Below, in pieces: positions 63,651 through 64,000 of a DNA stretch of 64,000 bases; positions within the stretch are counted from its first letter, which is position 1, and each line of letters starts with the position of its first letter. The position numbers and the translations under genes were made by a program. This DNA comes from Mobula hypostoma. Its lineage: Eukaryota. The notes beneath the pieces were generated by a model. That model was not told the origin of the DNA, did no database searches, and saw only the letters and a program-made list of their open reading frames with translations. The stretch covers positions 27,220,001-27,284,000 of the forward strand of contig NC_086097.1 in the NCBI RefSeq assembly GCF_963921235.1. The letters run 5' to 3'.

Positions 63651-64000
63651 GCCTTTCATTATAACTCTTGCACAGGGGCTGCAATGTCACTGAAAGTCTC
63701 ACTCTCCAGCCAACCAGCCCTTGGATACTGTAAAGCTGGGTCAGATTCCTTTAACAAAGACCAAGCACATTAGTTAAATAAGATCATATGCAAAACAGAT
63801 TAAACATTTAGAGTCCTCCCTCGGGCATATGGCAAAGAGATATAACGAGCTCATGATTTAATTAGCAGAGTTGATGGAATCCCCTGTCATCTGCAGTAAG
63901 ATTAGACTGAGCTCCAGGTGGCTATCGAGCATCTCCTCACTCCCCGTCTCTGTCTAAATTATTCAGTCCCAGATTATACCCGGCTCTTTGTTCAAACCTG

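Noticed and set aside
20400..64000. Exons of a neighbouring gene (e.g. TTC7B expected by synteny)
   Set aside because: No recognisable host protein segment found by eye. Short exons could have been missed; spliced alignment is needed.

Overview
Eukaryotic (vertebrate) genomic DNA. The repeat content (CR1/HER1-like LINEs, V-SINE/HE1-like SINEs, Rex1/Babar LINEs, Penelope-like elements) suggests a cartilaginous fish, probably a ray; this is an inference. Bases 1-17.5 kb hold coding exons 2-6 and the 3'UTR of a calmodulin gene on the + strand. The ATG-only exon 1 lies upstream of the window, and the 3'UTR resembles CALM1 as I recall it. From about 20 to 64 kb I found no host gene, only a dense mosaic of mostly decayed retroelements, Tc1 relics, a gypsy LTR/gag relic, one young near-intact CR1 ORF2 and minisatellites. 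Nearly all ORFs in the supplied track are repeat-derived or spurious. The most interesting signals are: (i) a family of Penelope-like repeats carrying minimal hammerhead ribozyme motifs, inserted as inverted (fold-back) units with target-site duplications, including a ~200-bp hairpin in calmodulin intron 2; (ii) a 1.1-kb Tc1-like transposon that splits the conserved calmodulin 3'UTR just upstream of its poly(A) signal. Coordinates of old repeats are approximate.
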